From: a virus
Taxonomy: Duplodnaviria; Caudoviricetes
IMG/VR virus record: IMGVR_UViG_3300034053_000029
Span: 32,001-96,000 of that record
DNA: 64,000 bases
Reading direction: 5' to 3' (one strand)
Shown here: piece by piece, positions 11,664-22,554 of the stretch
Numbering within the stretch: position 1 is the stretch's first letter
Layout of the letters: every line of letters starts with the position of its first letter
Notes under the pieces: generated by a model
The model's database searches: none
Told to the model about the DNA's origin: nothing
The model's input: the letters and a program-made list of their open reading frames with translations, nothing else
Position numbers and translations under genes: made by a program

Positions 11664-12067
11664 TTCGCTTTCTCTTGTTTCATTATTTGAATGAGTCGAT
11701 TCTGTCGACAATTCTCTTCAAATTTCTCAATCCTCTTTGCATCTGCTGCACCTATTACTCTAACATATTCAAGCGCCGCCTGCCAACCAACCAAAAACGA
11801 CATAGCACCTGCAACCGTACCATAATAACCAAACTGAGTATCAGGAGCGTAGCAAGGTAGGCAATCGTGAGTATCATCACGTTTAGGAATGAGAGCAATA
11901 TCGGCAAATTGGTATTTAGAAGAAACAACAGAGAAACCGAGTTTCTCTGCTATAGTCTCCATATCTTTGATGTCTTTGTAGTCTCTGTAGTTCATCACAG
12001 TCCTCTTCTAAAATCTTCGTTTTGATAAATAATATTATAACCAAAGGAGAATCAATATGTCCAGCAC

Positions 12068-13348
12068 TTATTCATAATGAAGAGTTTCTCCGTGCGGTGC
12101 TTTAGCAGATTGGTTTTTATACATTAACCAAATTGTCGAAAACTTATCTGCATATTCCTCGCCCCAAGACGAAACATAGCCATCAGTAAAAATAATCGCT
12201 TGTTTTGGATTGTGATCATTTTCTTCGCACCACTTCCAGATACACGTTGGGTCAGTTCCACCACCACCTTTATATGTGGCATTTACAATAGCATCTATAC
12301 CATCGTCTTCTGTGAATTCGCCAGTATAATAAAAGTCAGTATCCCAAGTTCCAATTGTAATCTTATATCCAGAATATTGACCACAAATCCCAACGATTTC
12401 AGACATAAAATCACGCATTTCTGTTTGACCAATTGATCCACTAAGATCGAGAAACACACTCAATTCAATCGTCGGTTCCTTTTTCATCGAAGGAAGGATT
12501 GCATCGCAACCCCAACCACGACGAGAAGGTTTCATGAACGTGAAGTCATTCTTGATCTGAGAATCGATCTGTTGCTGAAGATACGATCTCCAATCCATTT
12601 TGCATTCTGTCAGGCCATCGATGTAACGACGGATTCCTGCAGGAATTTGGCCAGGTTGAACCGATTGTGCAGCAGCAAGCATTGCCTCTTTCAATTCATC
12701 TGCAATGGCTTGCTTTTCTTCTGCTGACAATTTTGGTCGACCTTTTCCTTCACCTTCTTCGTCGCCATCTCCTTCACCATCACCATCTTGATCACCATCA
12801 AGGTGTTCATCAAGCAATTGCTTTGCAAGTTGCTGCATATCGATCTTCTCGGCATTCTCATAAAGAGAATCATAAATTTCTTCTGATGCCATACCCTTGT
12901 ACTTTGGATCAAACAAAGTAGGAACCGTAGTAATGCGTTCTCCAATACGTTGATCGATCAGGTCACGGTTAATCGCATAGTCTGCGGCAATGTTCCATAG
13001 TTGAGGAATGCGATGACCACAACGACCACTCAGACCAACGTGATCGTATATGCAATGTAGAAGTTCATGCCCAACCAAGAATGTAACTTCCTTGTCCTTG
13101 AGCTTATTCACAAACTCAGAATTGTAATAAAGGTTACGACCATCTGTAGCGGCAGTCGGACACCAATCGTCAGCATTAACCAGTTGCAACCGAGTTGCGA
13201 TATTACCAAAGAATGGTTGTGAGAAAAGCAACGAAATGCGAGAGACAATGATCTTCTCTTTCGCCGCCTTATCCGTAGCAGGATTGGTTACGGTTCCAGT
13301 CTTTTCTTTCTTCGCTGAGACAACTTCTTTTGTCATTTTGAACCCCAA
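12068..13348 (-). CDS. DUF2201-type putative metallopeptidase plus vWA domain protein
   Basis: TAATDG, HELLH (HExxH), WNIAADYAIN, acidic linker, vWA MIDAS DLSGS, GGGGT, IFTDG. Confidence 0.85.
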   Translation of the reverse strand: MGFKMTKEVVSAKKEKTGTVTNPATDKAAKEKIIVSRISLLFSQPFFGNIATRLQLVNADDWCPTAATDGRNLYYNSEFVNKLKDKEVTFLVGHELLHCIYDHVGLSGRCGHRIPQLWNIAADYAINRDLIDQRIGERITTVPTLFDPKYKGMASEEIYDSLYENAEKIDMQQLAKQLLDEHLDGDQDGDGEGDGDEEGEGKGRPKLSAEEKQAIADELKEAMLAAAQSVQPGQIPAGIRRYIDGLTECKMDWRSYLQQQIDSQIKNDFTFMKPSRRGWGCDAILPSMKKEPTIELSVFLDLSGSIGQTEMRDFMSEIVGICGQYSGYKITIGTWDTDFYYTGEFTEDDGIDAIVNATYKGGGGTDPTCIWKWCEENDHNPKQAIIFTDGYVSSWGEEYADKFSTIWLMYKNQSAKAPHGETLHYE

Positions 13349-13570
13349 GGTTGATCGTATTTCATTATGTAGTACAACTTCACTTGTTCCATCATTTCTT
13401 TTAGCACAGGATCATTTGCTGCTGCCATCCTGATGCTATGCCACAATTGAGTTTCCTGCAGCGCAGAATTTAATAATCGCTGAGAACTCGGACCTACCAT
13501 GTGCATCATATTTTGCATATCTTGAATGGGACAACATGATTATATTTCACATTGTCCCAAGTGTCAAGAA

Positions 13571-14680
13571 TTATTGTTGAGAAGACTTCAGAATGAGCTT
13601 TCCGTACTTGCTGTAAAACTCACCGAAATTGGTCATCTTCGCAGGGTTCAACGGCAGGTTGTACTGTTGCAGCATTGCACGAACCGACATCACCGTGATT
13701 TCAACCGAGAAGTTATCCATCATGAACTTGACGCAGTTATCCACCATTTCATGCCACTTGGATTCGTTCTTCTTATCCTTGCTATATTGGTTCTTCCAAC
13801 TATCGTCAAGCTCATAAGCACAAGACGTAGCAAGAGAATACATGGCCGAGATTTCCTTCGTCTTCAACTCCGTCACTTTCTTGGTGAAGATTTCCATTGG
13901 AAGTGGCAACTTTGAACTTACCTTGCGGTGAGCAAAGAACTTGAGTGCAAGACCTTCACCAACGGTTCCAGACACAAGATCAGTCGTTGTGGTTTCGTCT
14001 TGATCGTCCTCAGAAATCAACTGAGAAACGAATTCCCAAGAACGAGGGGTTGCGAATGCCTTGCTGTTTGACTTAGGATCAAAGTCGTACAGACTGTTCT
14101 TGCTGAAGTTCAAGAATCCAACCACATCAGAGTGAATCTTGTTCTCAAGTGCCCACTCATGCCAAGAGTCAAAATCGACACGAAGTTCAAGGTGGACGAA
14201 ACGATTTGCCAATGGTGTTGGCATACGATAAGTTACCCCACGATCACCATCACGATTACCTGCAGCAAACACCACCACGTTATCAGGCAACGTGTAGGTT
14301 CCGACCTTGCGATTCAGAATCAATTGGTATGCTGCTGCTTGGGTTGCAGGTGCGGCAGAATTCAATTCGTCCATGAACAGGAACACGATAGGATACTTCG
14401 ATGCAGTTTCCAGATCAGGAAGATCGATAGGTGGTGCCCATTCCATCTTGCCAGTATCCTTGTTGTAATAAGGCATACCACGCAGATCGGTTTGCTCGAC
14501 AGTGCTTAGACGCATGTCATACAAACGACCACCCATTTCACGACAGAGACCGGCAACGATGTCACTCTTACCAACTCCTGGTGGCCCCCAAATCATTGCA
14601 GGACGCTTTGCCTTGATGCAACGCTTCAGGGAACGACGGAGACCTTGGGAGGTAACGGTGCGACTTTCGGTAACTTGCAT
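13571..14680 (-). CDS. MoxR-like AAA+ ATPase
   Basis: Walker A GPPGVGKS, Walker B FLFMDE, AAGNR, LANRF, TPRSW. Confidence 0.88.
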   Translation of the reverse strand: MQVTESRTVTSQGLRRSLKRCIKAKRPAMIWGPPGVGKSDIVAGLCREMGGRLYDMRLSTVEQTDLRGMPYYNKDTGKMEWAPPIDLPDLETASKYPIVFLFMDELNSAAPATQAAAYQLILNRKVGTYTLPDNVVVFAAGNRDGDRGVTYRMPTPLANRFVHLELRVDFDSWHEWALENKIHSDVVGFLNFSKNSLYDFDPKSNSKAFATPRSWEFVSQLISEDDQDETTTTDLVSGTVGEGLALKFFAHRKVSSKLPLPMEIFTKKVTELKTKEISAMYSLATSCAYELDDSWKNQYSKDKKNESKWHEMVDNCVKFMMDNFSVEITVMSVRAMLQQYNLPLNPAKMTNFGEFYSKYGKLILKSSQQ

Positions 14681-15460
14681 TTCTATTTCCTTTTAGATAT
14701 GGAGGTTAGATTATATTACGATTGTTTCTGAGTGTCAATACGTTCGACTTGTTTATCGAGCAACCAACCACGTTTTGTTTGACGGGTCTTTTCGACTGCC
14801 TCGATCCATTTTTGCTGCATACGTTCATTGTCTTTAAACAATAGTGTAGCACGTTCTTGAAGAGTTAGTTTATTGATAATCATGCGTTGTATCCTTGCCA
14901 ACCGAAACAGTTTCCACGAGCAGACTTGATCCCCATTGCAGACATTTTACCGAAACGGTTAATAGACTGCAGAACGTAACGAACCGACTTTGCATCAATT
15001 TTGACTACCACTTTACTCTCCTATTAAACTAAGGTTATACGAAGTGCCTTACACGCAGCTTTGATTGCAGCATCAGCAGATTTGTGCTTGACACGAGAAT
15101 GTCGATAATGGACTGAACTATACCACTCCCAACCATTATAAGTTTCCCGCACGACACACACCTTGATGCTATCGCCATCTTCAAATGTGGCAACAAGATC
15201 GTTGCCATTTCTTGAATATTTTGTGGTCATGATTCAGTCCTTACAATTGTATTCGGATTTGATACGATCAACATACCGCTGCGCTGCTGCTGCAGTTTTA
15301 AACAAACAACACAATTTGTTAATAGTTGTCCAATATGTCTCTTGACGAATCGTGTCAAATTTAAGTTGCCGAACAAGAACAAAGTTTGGGGAAATTATTG
15401 ATACGGTTGTTGGTAATGTTTTATCCATTTCATTTCTCCGTTTTGTCATTCGATGAACGG

Positions 15461-15512
15461 ATTATAAACGAACTAGGAACTAAGTCAACAACTTTCGTAA
15501 GTGATTGATTTG
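15461..15512 (-). promoter_or_regulatory. Early sigma70-type promoter cassette (copy 3)
   Basis: TTGACT-16-TATAAT; plus strand GTCAACAACTTTCGTAAGTGATTGATT. Confidence 0.82.
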
Positions 15513-15881
15513 TCTACGAAAAACCAGAAAACTTTAGATGGGTCGGCAAACCAGTCTGGACAAAACACATCAACCCCAACATTGTGAATCTTCTCACCCA
15601 TTGTCCTAGAAAGATAATTAACGAGGTTTCCATCATGCTGATAATCGGAAAGATCAAAGTCGAACTTACATCCAATTCTTTTTGCTTTCATGACAGCATC
15701 ATACTGCAATTCCCACAACGAATCCTTCATCGCATTCGATGGTTGGATTTTATTAAATATGGACGATGCCACAACAAATGCAACTTGCTTATGCATAAAG
15801 ATGCCACACCAAAAACACATATCATCGTTGAAGATCACCGGCTTGAACGACATAACCGATAGCATTCTGAACTGATCCACT

Positions 15882-16469
15882 TCAGAAGGCATTTTCATAA
15901 TCACAATCTCCACCGTTATACACATCACTAAACAAAAACTTGGTATCACCAGATTCAATTTTAGAAATTGATTCTGGACTTAATGAATATCCATATGACA
16001 TATACTTCAATGTACGCTTAATTGCATTCTCAGGATTGAACCTAGTGAAGTTGATCTGTTTTGACTTGTCATCTTCTATTGCTTCTTTTGTTGCAAGGCA
16101 CGTTTTTCCGTCAGTTAAGAACTGACACACTCTGATATCGAAATGTCCTAATAATTCCTCGGCAGATGCGAAAAATTTCTTTATCAGTTGAATCCTAATT
16201 CCGGTTCCTCTGAATGAAACTGCATTCGCAGACTCATAGAACTGGTCATAGATCGGAGATAAGATATTATACAAACGATCAAACTGCGCTTTGTTAGCCA
16301 CGAAAATGTCCATGTCAGCACGACCAACATTGACACCATGATGCCATCGAAGAGGCGCACCACCTGCGATCCAAGGTCCATGTTCGATATTGAAATCCAC
16401 CTGAGAAAAGATTTTATTATCTTGTCTAGGGATGTTCATTCTTGTTTTGACTAAATCTATGGTTTGCAT
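15882..16469 (-). CDS. Class II nucleotidyltransferase-like protein (CCA/poly(A) polymerase head-type)
   Basis: WIAGGAPLR...ADMDIF catalytic motif and FDIRVCQ. Confidence 0.65.
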   Translation of the reverse strand: MQTIDLVKTRMNIPRQDNKIFSQVDFNIEHGPWIAGGAPLRWHHGVNVGRADMDIFVANKAQFDRLYNILSPIYDQFYESANAVSFRGTGIRIQLIKKFFASAEELLGHFDIRVCQFLTDGKTCLATKEAIEDDKSKQINFTRFNPENAIKRTLKYMSYGYSLSPESISKIESGDTKFLFSDVYNGGDCDYENAF

Positions 16470-17952
16470 AATGCCCTCATAAGTTCAAACGCTTCCTTTG
16501 CGTCTTTTAGTCCTGGATGCTTTTTACATAGGTCTTCAATGTTCTTTTCTTCCATCATCTTATTATATGCCCAATCAAGTGCGTGTTGATAATGAGGTTG
16601 AAGATCGACTGACGGAGTGTCTGGATAAAACTCATGTTTATTGCCATATTCATCAATTACGAAAAATTTATGGTTATGGTTGTCCCAAAATAATGGACCA
16701 CTTCCGTTAGGGACGCTGTGTGCATATACAGGTTGAAATTGTGAACCTACTTTAATATCACGAACTATCATAGACGCATAATTTCCATCGCAACGTGTTG
16801 ACCGATAACTTGGGCATAGTCATCGTTTTCTGGAATGACTAGCAGTTTCTTGAATGAACGATCCTTCTGATGATCCCAATGATATTGCTGAAGTACAACA
16901 CCCCCTTGAGCAAAATGAATGGTAAACTTTAGCTGTTTCTCACTTAAATCTTCATCACAAGCAACCAGAGTTTGATTTGGTTGTGCTGCGTTATATTTGT
17001 GGTTGTCTTCATCAACTGCTTGACTAACCATTCTTCGTAGCCAATGTCTAAACCATTTCATTTGATGCCTTTCATTTATAAATGGTGCCCCTGGTCTGAT
17101 TTGAACAGACGATCAACAAATTATGAGTTTGCTGCTTTCACCACTAAGCTACAGGGGCGTATTCCTCACCGTTGAAGAACTCTCAAGAACAGATTCTGCT
17201 CAAGTTCCTCAATGTACTGATTAAGATTTTCAACTTCGGCTTTATAGGTGGAAGTCTTTTTTGCACCGACACCCAATTTGGATATTTTGGAAACCCACTT
17301 GCGAAGATTGACTACCAATTTATAAGCCTCTGCATCCATTAGTTTGCCGCCTTGCGGATCATCATACCAACAGAATTGATCGAGCAATTCCTTCTCGATC
17401 TGCCACCAATCGTTTGCTTCCACAAGTTTAGTCACCATAGACCCCTCAGAGGATGTTGCGTTCTTTTACTCCGGCTTCAAACATATCCCACAGACGATTA
17501 AATTTAATTTCGTATATGGTCTTCATACCCAAGATTATATTAGCAGTCTGGTCTTGTGTCAAGTCACGTTCAAGCACTTCCTCAAGAATCATGTCAAGAT
17601 CGTCTGTGACATTCCAGCACTTCAAAAGTTCCTGCTCAAAGTCAAATCGATTAAATTTCATTTCAAATTTTCTCCTAAAGGTTCAACTCGCTCAACTACA
17701 ACATTATCGGCAATTACGTTTGCCCTTGCAATCGCTTGTGTCGGTGTTTCTGCGACAATCATGATAGCCTCTCGCAAATTAGTTTGTCGCACGACACCTT
17801 GTAAAACATACAATTTATTTTTCATAAGTTTCCTATGCTGTTAGCCATTTAGTGACAAATACTACGGTTGCGACAAAATATGCAATCATAATAATGATCA
17901 AGATTATGTTGTACCAGTTTATTCTACCATAATCGTCTTTAAGATTCCACAT

Positions 17953-18729
17953 CTAAATCTCCACTACCATATCCGTGTAAGGTTTCCCCATATTGTTACG
18001 TTCACGATAATATCCATAAGGGTTACGAACTACTCGCATTCCATTGGTGGGCCAAATCATATCAAGTGGGTCATGCGAATGTCCCTGGCACCAAAGAGTG
18101 ATTCCTTCCATGTCCATAATGTCATCGCACTGAGCAGTAAAATACCAATTAAGAGTATCTGTCCCAGGATTCTGTTTCCACTTAGGATCAACCGTTTCGT
18201 AGCTCGACATGAAGTGAGTTACCACGACGATCTTCTTATCTTCAGCACGAAGTTTCTCGACCATCATTTTCAAGTAAGCACGATCAGCAAGATGTTTATC
18301 ATAAGCCATTTGTGGAGTGAATCTGGTTCCACCATTGTTTGCGGTAATAACCCGAAAGTCATTAATACAATCTTTTGCCGCATGCATAACGAAGAAGTCT
18401 TGATTCTTGAAGTCAGTCCATAGAGTTACACCAATGAATACGGTATTGTAATATTGCCAAACACCACGATCAAGAAGATGAACATTCTTGCTTAAAAGGC
18501 GTTGATCTGGTCGCCAGTCAATGTCTTTTCTGTAGAAAGAATGGTTGCCTAGAACACAGATTACATGTTTGAATTTTGTCGAAATCTCGTTGATAGATAA
18601 TTCAAACTTCCTAGAGTCGATATCACCTGCGACAACCGCAATATCTGCCTTTGGAGTAATCATCGACCAGATCGTTGCCGGATCATGGAATTGTTCACAG
18701 TGAACATCTGAAAAAATTTGCAAGCGCAT
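17953..18729 (-). CDS. Calcineurin-like metallophosphoesterase
   Basis: DVH, AGDI, GNH, VVVTH, GHSH motifs. Confidence 0.9.
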   Translation of the reverse strand: MRLQIFSDVHCEQFHDPATIWSMITPKADIAVVAGDIDSRKFELSINEISTKFKHVICVLGNHSFYRKDIDWRPDQRLLSKNVHLLDRGVWQYYNTVFIGVTLWTDFKNQDFFVMHAAKDCINDFRVITANNGGTRFTPQMAYDKHLADRAYLKMMVEKLRAEDKKIVVVTHFMSSYETVDPKWKQNPGTDTLNWYFTAQCDDIMDMEGITLWCQGHSHDPLDMIWPTNGMRVVRNPYGYYRERNNMGKPYTDMVVEI

Positions 18730-18792
18730 AATATCTTTCCTAAAAAGTATGTAATTATTTTACGATTTTTCACTGAAAATGTCAAGCAGCAT

Positions 18793-18865
18793 GATAAATA
18801 TCATGTAGCAACAAAAAATGCTAGTCACGAAGCGTCAACTTCTACTAGCCCTAGACATTCTAACA
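18793..18865 (+). promoter_or_regulatory. Late promoter plus structured leader, family A copy 1
   Basis: GATAAATA 18793-18800; GCTAGT-CAC-GAAG-CGTCAA-CTTC-T-ACTAGC-CCTAGA at 18820-18855. Confidence 0.75.
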
Positions 18866-18883
18866 TTTATCAAGGAGACAAAT

Positions 18884-19573
18884 ATGTCCAGCACTAGTAT
18901 TTATCAATTCAAACCTACATTTCTATACATCAAACAACATACCGTAACTGGTAAATTATACTTTGGTAAGACTACCAAGAATCCAGAAACATATCTTGGT
19001 AGTGGAAAATATTGGAGAAACCACATCAAGAAGCACGGAATAAAATATGTAATAAATTTGTGGTATTGTTTATTTTTAGACGAAAGCGATTGTAAGAATT
19101 TTGCATTATCTTTTTCTGAACAAAATGATATTGTTGAGTCGAGTATATGGGCAAATCTGATTAATGAGAATGTGTCTGGTGGTGGAAATATTGGAAAATT
19201 AAACGGAATGCACAAATCCAATAGAGATTACGATACCGATAAAGAAAAGAAGAGAATTAACAACATGAGAGCATCGAGAGCATTAGCATCAAAAGACCAA
19301 AATGTAAAATCATATTCTAGAGTCAAATCTGAAGAAGAACGTAAGAAGATTAGCGATAAAGCTAAACATCGATCTTTAGTAATATGTCCACATTGTGGCA
19401 AAGAATGTAATCAAATAAACGCAATTAGACATCATTTAGATAGATGCAAATCAAACCCAAATATATCAGAAGAAGATATGTTTATCAATAAGGTGACTAG
19501 AATACACGACAGAAAGTTAATGCAAATTGGTGGTTTTGCTGCTTGGATAAAGTGTAGCAAACATCTTCCTTAA
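18884..19573 (+). CDS. Seg-like GIY-YIG homing endonuclease
   Basis: FLYIKQH...LYFGKT, YLGSG; start MSSTSIY after AGGAG; antisense to neighbours. Confidence 0.85.
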   Translation: MSSTSIYQFKPTFLYIKQHTVTGKLYFGKTTKNPETYLGSGKYWRNHIKKHGIKYVINLWYCLFLDESDCKNFALSFSEQNDIVESSIWANLINENVSGGGNIGKLNGMHKSNRDYDTDKEKKRINNMRASRALASKDQNVKSYSRVKSEEERKKISDKAKHRSLVICPHCGKECNQINAIRHHLDRCKSNPNISEEDMFINKVTRIHDRKLMQIGGFAAWIKCSKHLP

Positions 19574-20138
19574 TCTTCATTCTTGCCTCACTACTATGTC
19601 AGATGGATATCCATCACGATTAATCAAAGTGTCTCGCACATATTTTTCGGTGCAACTGACATTATAGAATACTATGTCGTATTCAGTCAAATACCCTGAT
19701 TCCTCGGAGTAGCGATAAACGATAAATCTACGCATGATTAGTTACAATTGTCCCAACAGATGCTGTAATATTCATATTTGTTTGGAAACTCAGTTTCCAA
19801 TTTGTCAATCATTTTGTATTCCTCACCGACTTGATACTCTCCATCAAAACAAGACCATTTGTCTCGACTTCCGTCTGACTTGATCCCATAGACGGTAGAA
19901 ATGTCACTTCGACGTTCTTCATAAATTTTAGCCATGCCAGTACCTAACTATTCCAATAATATTAATAATACCAAACATCACATTAACTTCAACCAAAGAA
20001 CGTGACGCATTCGATTTGTATGCCAACCAACCACCAAGGATACTGGACATAAGGAACAACCAGTATCCTGTGACATTTTGACCGACATTGAGTGCAATCA
20101 ATACCGCACCAATAAGACTACTGGCACGGTAGAGATTT

Positions 20139-20534
20139 TCACACCAATTCATAAGCACGGTCCCAACGACCGATCTTCACTTCGACGTAGTGCTTAACGT
20201 GATGGTAATCGGACATGATATCGGACTTGTCGAACCAACCCTCACCACGAAGTGCTTCAACAGCGGCAACTGCAAAATCCTTAGCCTTGCCAGTGAATTG
20301 TTCCTTCACCCAATACGGATTCACATTGATGCTATCCTTCGCCGGATTAAAACGAGGATCATTCTTGTGAGTTTCGTTGAAGTTCTTGATGAAGTCGATC
20401 TTACCGGACTTTACCGTGAGAACCAACGTCGAATGATTATCAACCGACAACGAACCAGAAAGACCGTATTGCTTCAGAAGTGCCTTGATCTTCGGGGCAA
20501 TCGCTTTTTTCTCAGATTGGGAAATGTAAGCCAT
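20139..20534 (-). CDS. Conserved early hypothetical protein
   Basis: First gene after promoter copy 4, AGGAG RBS; FDKSDIMSDY motif. Confidence 0.7.
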   Translation of the reverse strand: MAYISQSEKKAIAPKIKALLKQYGLSGSLSVDNHSTLVLTVKSGKIDFIKNFNETHKNDPRFNPAKDSINVNPYWVKEQFTGKAKDFAVAAVEALRGEGWFDKSDIMSDYHHVKHYVEVKIGRWDRAYELV

Positions 20535-20566
20535 TTGTTTCTCCTAGTGCGTTGTCGATGTGATGA

Positions 20567-20612
20567 ATTATAAACGAACGATTCTGGAAGTCAACAACTT
20601 TCGTAAGTGGCT
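20567..20612 (-). promoter_or_regulatory. Early sigma70-type promoter cassette (copy 4)
   Basis: TTGACT-16-TATAAT; GTCAACAACTTTCGTAAGTG. Confidence 0.82.
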
Positions 20613-20616
20613 GAAA

Positions 20617-21183
20617 CTAAAGGGTTTTTACATACTCCACTACATCATCGAAAAACGAATTGCCCTGATGGTCGGCAGAATCATAGAATCTTTTGTATGG
20701 GTGATATTCGGGAACATCATACGGATCAACCACTTGGTCGTTCTTTGCAATAAAGAAATGACGATTCACCAGACTGCCTTTTGATGAGTACTTATTGAAT
20801 GACTCAACAATTTCACAAGTCATTGATTTGCTTGTGTTTGTTTGGTAATCAACATAGCCGGAATCTAGATATTTCTTGAGCGAAATTTCTGGTGACATTG
20901 CAGGATTAACAAGCACTTGCGTTGCATCCCACTTCTCACCCATTCTTGCCGCCCAAAACCCACCTAGACTAGTTCCAACAAACACGACCTTAGTGAAACT
21001 TCCATCGTAGTAATGTTTTGTTATTACCCGATCAAGAAAGTCATCTAATGTCGCTTCTGCTTTGACTGGATCAACTGGGATACTAGGTGCCTCAACCAGA
21101 AACCCTGCGTCTCGTAAGTCTTTGACTTTACTAGAGTTTGGTGAACCACCAAGTCCGTGAAAATAAACAACTAAGGTTTTCAT
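20617..21183 (-). CDS. YqiA/YcfP-like alpha/beta hydrolase
   Basis: YFHGLGGSPNS, nucleophile elbow GTSLGG, VNPA, D-x-V-V, DH. Confidence 0.85.
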   Translation of the reverse strand: MKTLVVYFHGLGGSPNSSKVKDLRDAGFLVEAPSIPVDPVKAEATLDDFLDRVITKHYYDGSFTKVVFVGTSLGGFWAARMGEKWDATQVLVNPAMSPEISLKKYLDSGYVDYQTNTSKSMTCEIVESFNKYSSKGSLVNRHFFIAKNDQVVDPYDVPEYHPYKRFYDSADHQGNSFFDDVVEYVKTL

Positions 21184-21235
21184 GATAAATTAAAAATCTC
21201 ATTTAGGAGATACCATTATATTCGATATCTAACAC

Positions 21236-21751
21236 TCAGTCAAGATATACTAAGTGTTTGTTTTCAAAGCGTTCTAGAACTGCTTCAATGAGTTTATCTA
21301 GCAGCACCTTTTTACCGGCAACCTGACCTTTATATTTTGGTCTTTCAAAATCATCAACTGGTTTGGTATGGTCTAAGTAAGTTTCGTGTTCGATCTTACC
21401 ACCACGAACATAAGTGACGATTTTATGACCGGTGGCTTTATGTATAAAACAAAACTTCCCATCCGTCAGCTTTCCACTTGCTCCGACATTATTTTTCTCA
21501 AGCCAGTTATGTGCTTTCTTAATATGCACTTTGACTGACGATAATGGAAGAGGAAGATTCTGCTGATTGACTCGTCTTGAATTGACTCTGGATATGAAAT
21601 GGGACGAATACCTGACATTACGACCATTATCTATTTCGGTTGCATCACCATCAAAATTTGTTTGGTGTGAATCAGATTGTCTAAATTTATCTATGTTAGT
21701 CATCTGTATCCTTTGGCTTTCCGTACATTGCTTTCTTATGAATATGCCCAC
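21236..21751 (-). CDS. Hypothetical late protein
   Basis: 171-aa ORF within the late cluster. Confidence 0.6.
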   Translation of the reverse strand: MGIFIRKQCTESQRIQMTNIDKFRQSDSHQTNFDGDATEIDNGRNVRYSSHFISRVNSRRVNQQNLPLPLSSVKVHIKKAHNWLEKNNVGASGKLTDGKFCFIHKATGHKIVTYVRGGKIEHETYLDHTKPVDDFERPKYKGQVAGKKVLLDKLIEAVLERFENKHLVYLD

Positions 21752-22262
21752 CGATTAATCTTGTGTAATGATGACCGTCATCATCTTTTGAAATTATTTC
21801 TTTGCCTGTGAGACGTTCTGCTTCTGAATTTGGAACTTTATTTGCTCCCATCTTCTCAGCAACTTTAGCAGCAGGACCAGACTTTTCTGCCCATGCATTT
21901 CGTTTATGCTGACCACGATCTAGATCATCTTCTCGTGCGATTTCACGATAACCTTTTTTACCTTCAACAGAACCATCTGTGCTTGACACGACGGCCTTTC
22001 TACCAAATTGTTTCTTGTAACCAGACCACGCAACCACCTTACCATTTCGCTTTACACCTTTAATGGTATGAATGCTATCTGCTAGTTCTTCCGCAGAAGC
22101 GGCACCTGCGTACCCACCCATAGGTTCATATGACTTCTGTAATTCATCCCAATGGGATTTTACGAAGTCATGCTTGGCAGCAACATAATCGTCATGCTTA
22201 TCGAACTTGTCAGGATGAATTGTTATCATCCTTTCTGTGATGAAAGTCTTGAATGTGATCAT
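21696..22262 (-). CDS. Putative capsid-targeted internal head protein
   Basis: Starts MITFKTFITE; late promoter CATAAATA at 22289-22296. Confidence 0.7.
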   Translation of the reverse strand: MITFKTFITERMITIHPDKFDKHDDYVAAKHDFVKSHWDELQKSYEPMGGYAGAASAEELADSIHTIKGVKRNGKVVAWSGYKKQFGRKAVVSSTDGSVEGKKGYREIAREDDLDRGQHKRNAWAEKSGPAAKVAEKMGANKVPNSEAERLTGKEIISKDDDGHHYTRLIGGHIHKKAMYGKPKDTDD

Positions 22263-22504
22263 ACCTATCCACAATAGTTATTTGTGAATATTTATGCATA
22301 CTCAATAACCAGTGATGGTGATGGTCAGGGTATCAAAGGAAGCACGGAATGCGATATTCCGAGTGGTCATAGCAGCACAACCGTCAAAGAACTCTTCAGC
22401 AGTATTGAAAGTGATGATCATGATAGTCTCCTTGTTGATGTAACGAATTATAGAGACTTTCTGAAACTTGTCAATGAGTTTATTAAGTCATTGATTTACA
22501 AAAG

Positions 22505-22540
22505 AAAAAAGGCAACACCCTTTCGGAATGTTGCCTTTGT
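22505..22540 (-). terminator. Intrinsic terminator
   Basis: AGGCAACA-CCCTTTCGGAA-TGTTGCCT hairpin with plus-strand A tract (U tract on minus). Confidence 0.75.
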
Positions 22541-22554
22541 GGTGCGACTTGTGA

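Larger units (their letters stand above)
54..11998 (-). other. Dense array of about 40 small early hypothetical ORFs, including several paralogous microprotein families
   Basis: Head-to-tail minus-strand ORFs of 55-165 aa with frequent ATGA-type stop/start overlaps, typical of phage early regions. Confidence 0.85.

Noticed and set aside
18820-18849. TTGACG in the family A loop as a minus-strand -35 box
   Set aside because: There is no -10 element at 16-18 bp in either identical copy, and the other two copies lack the hexamer
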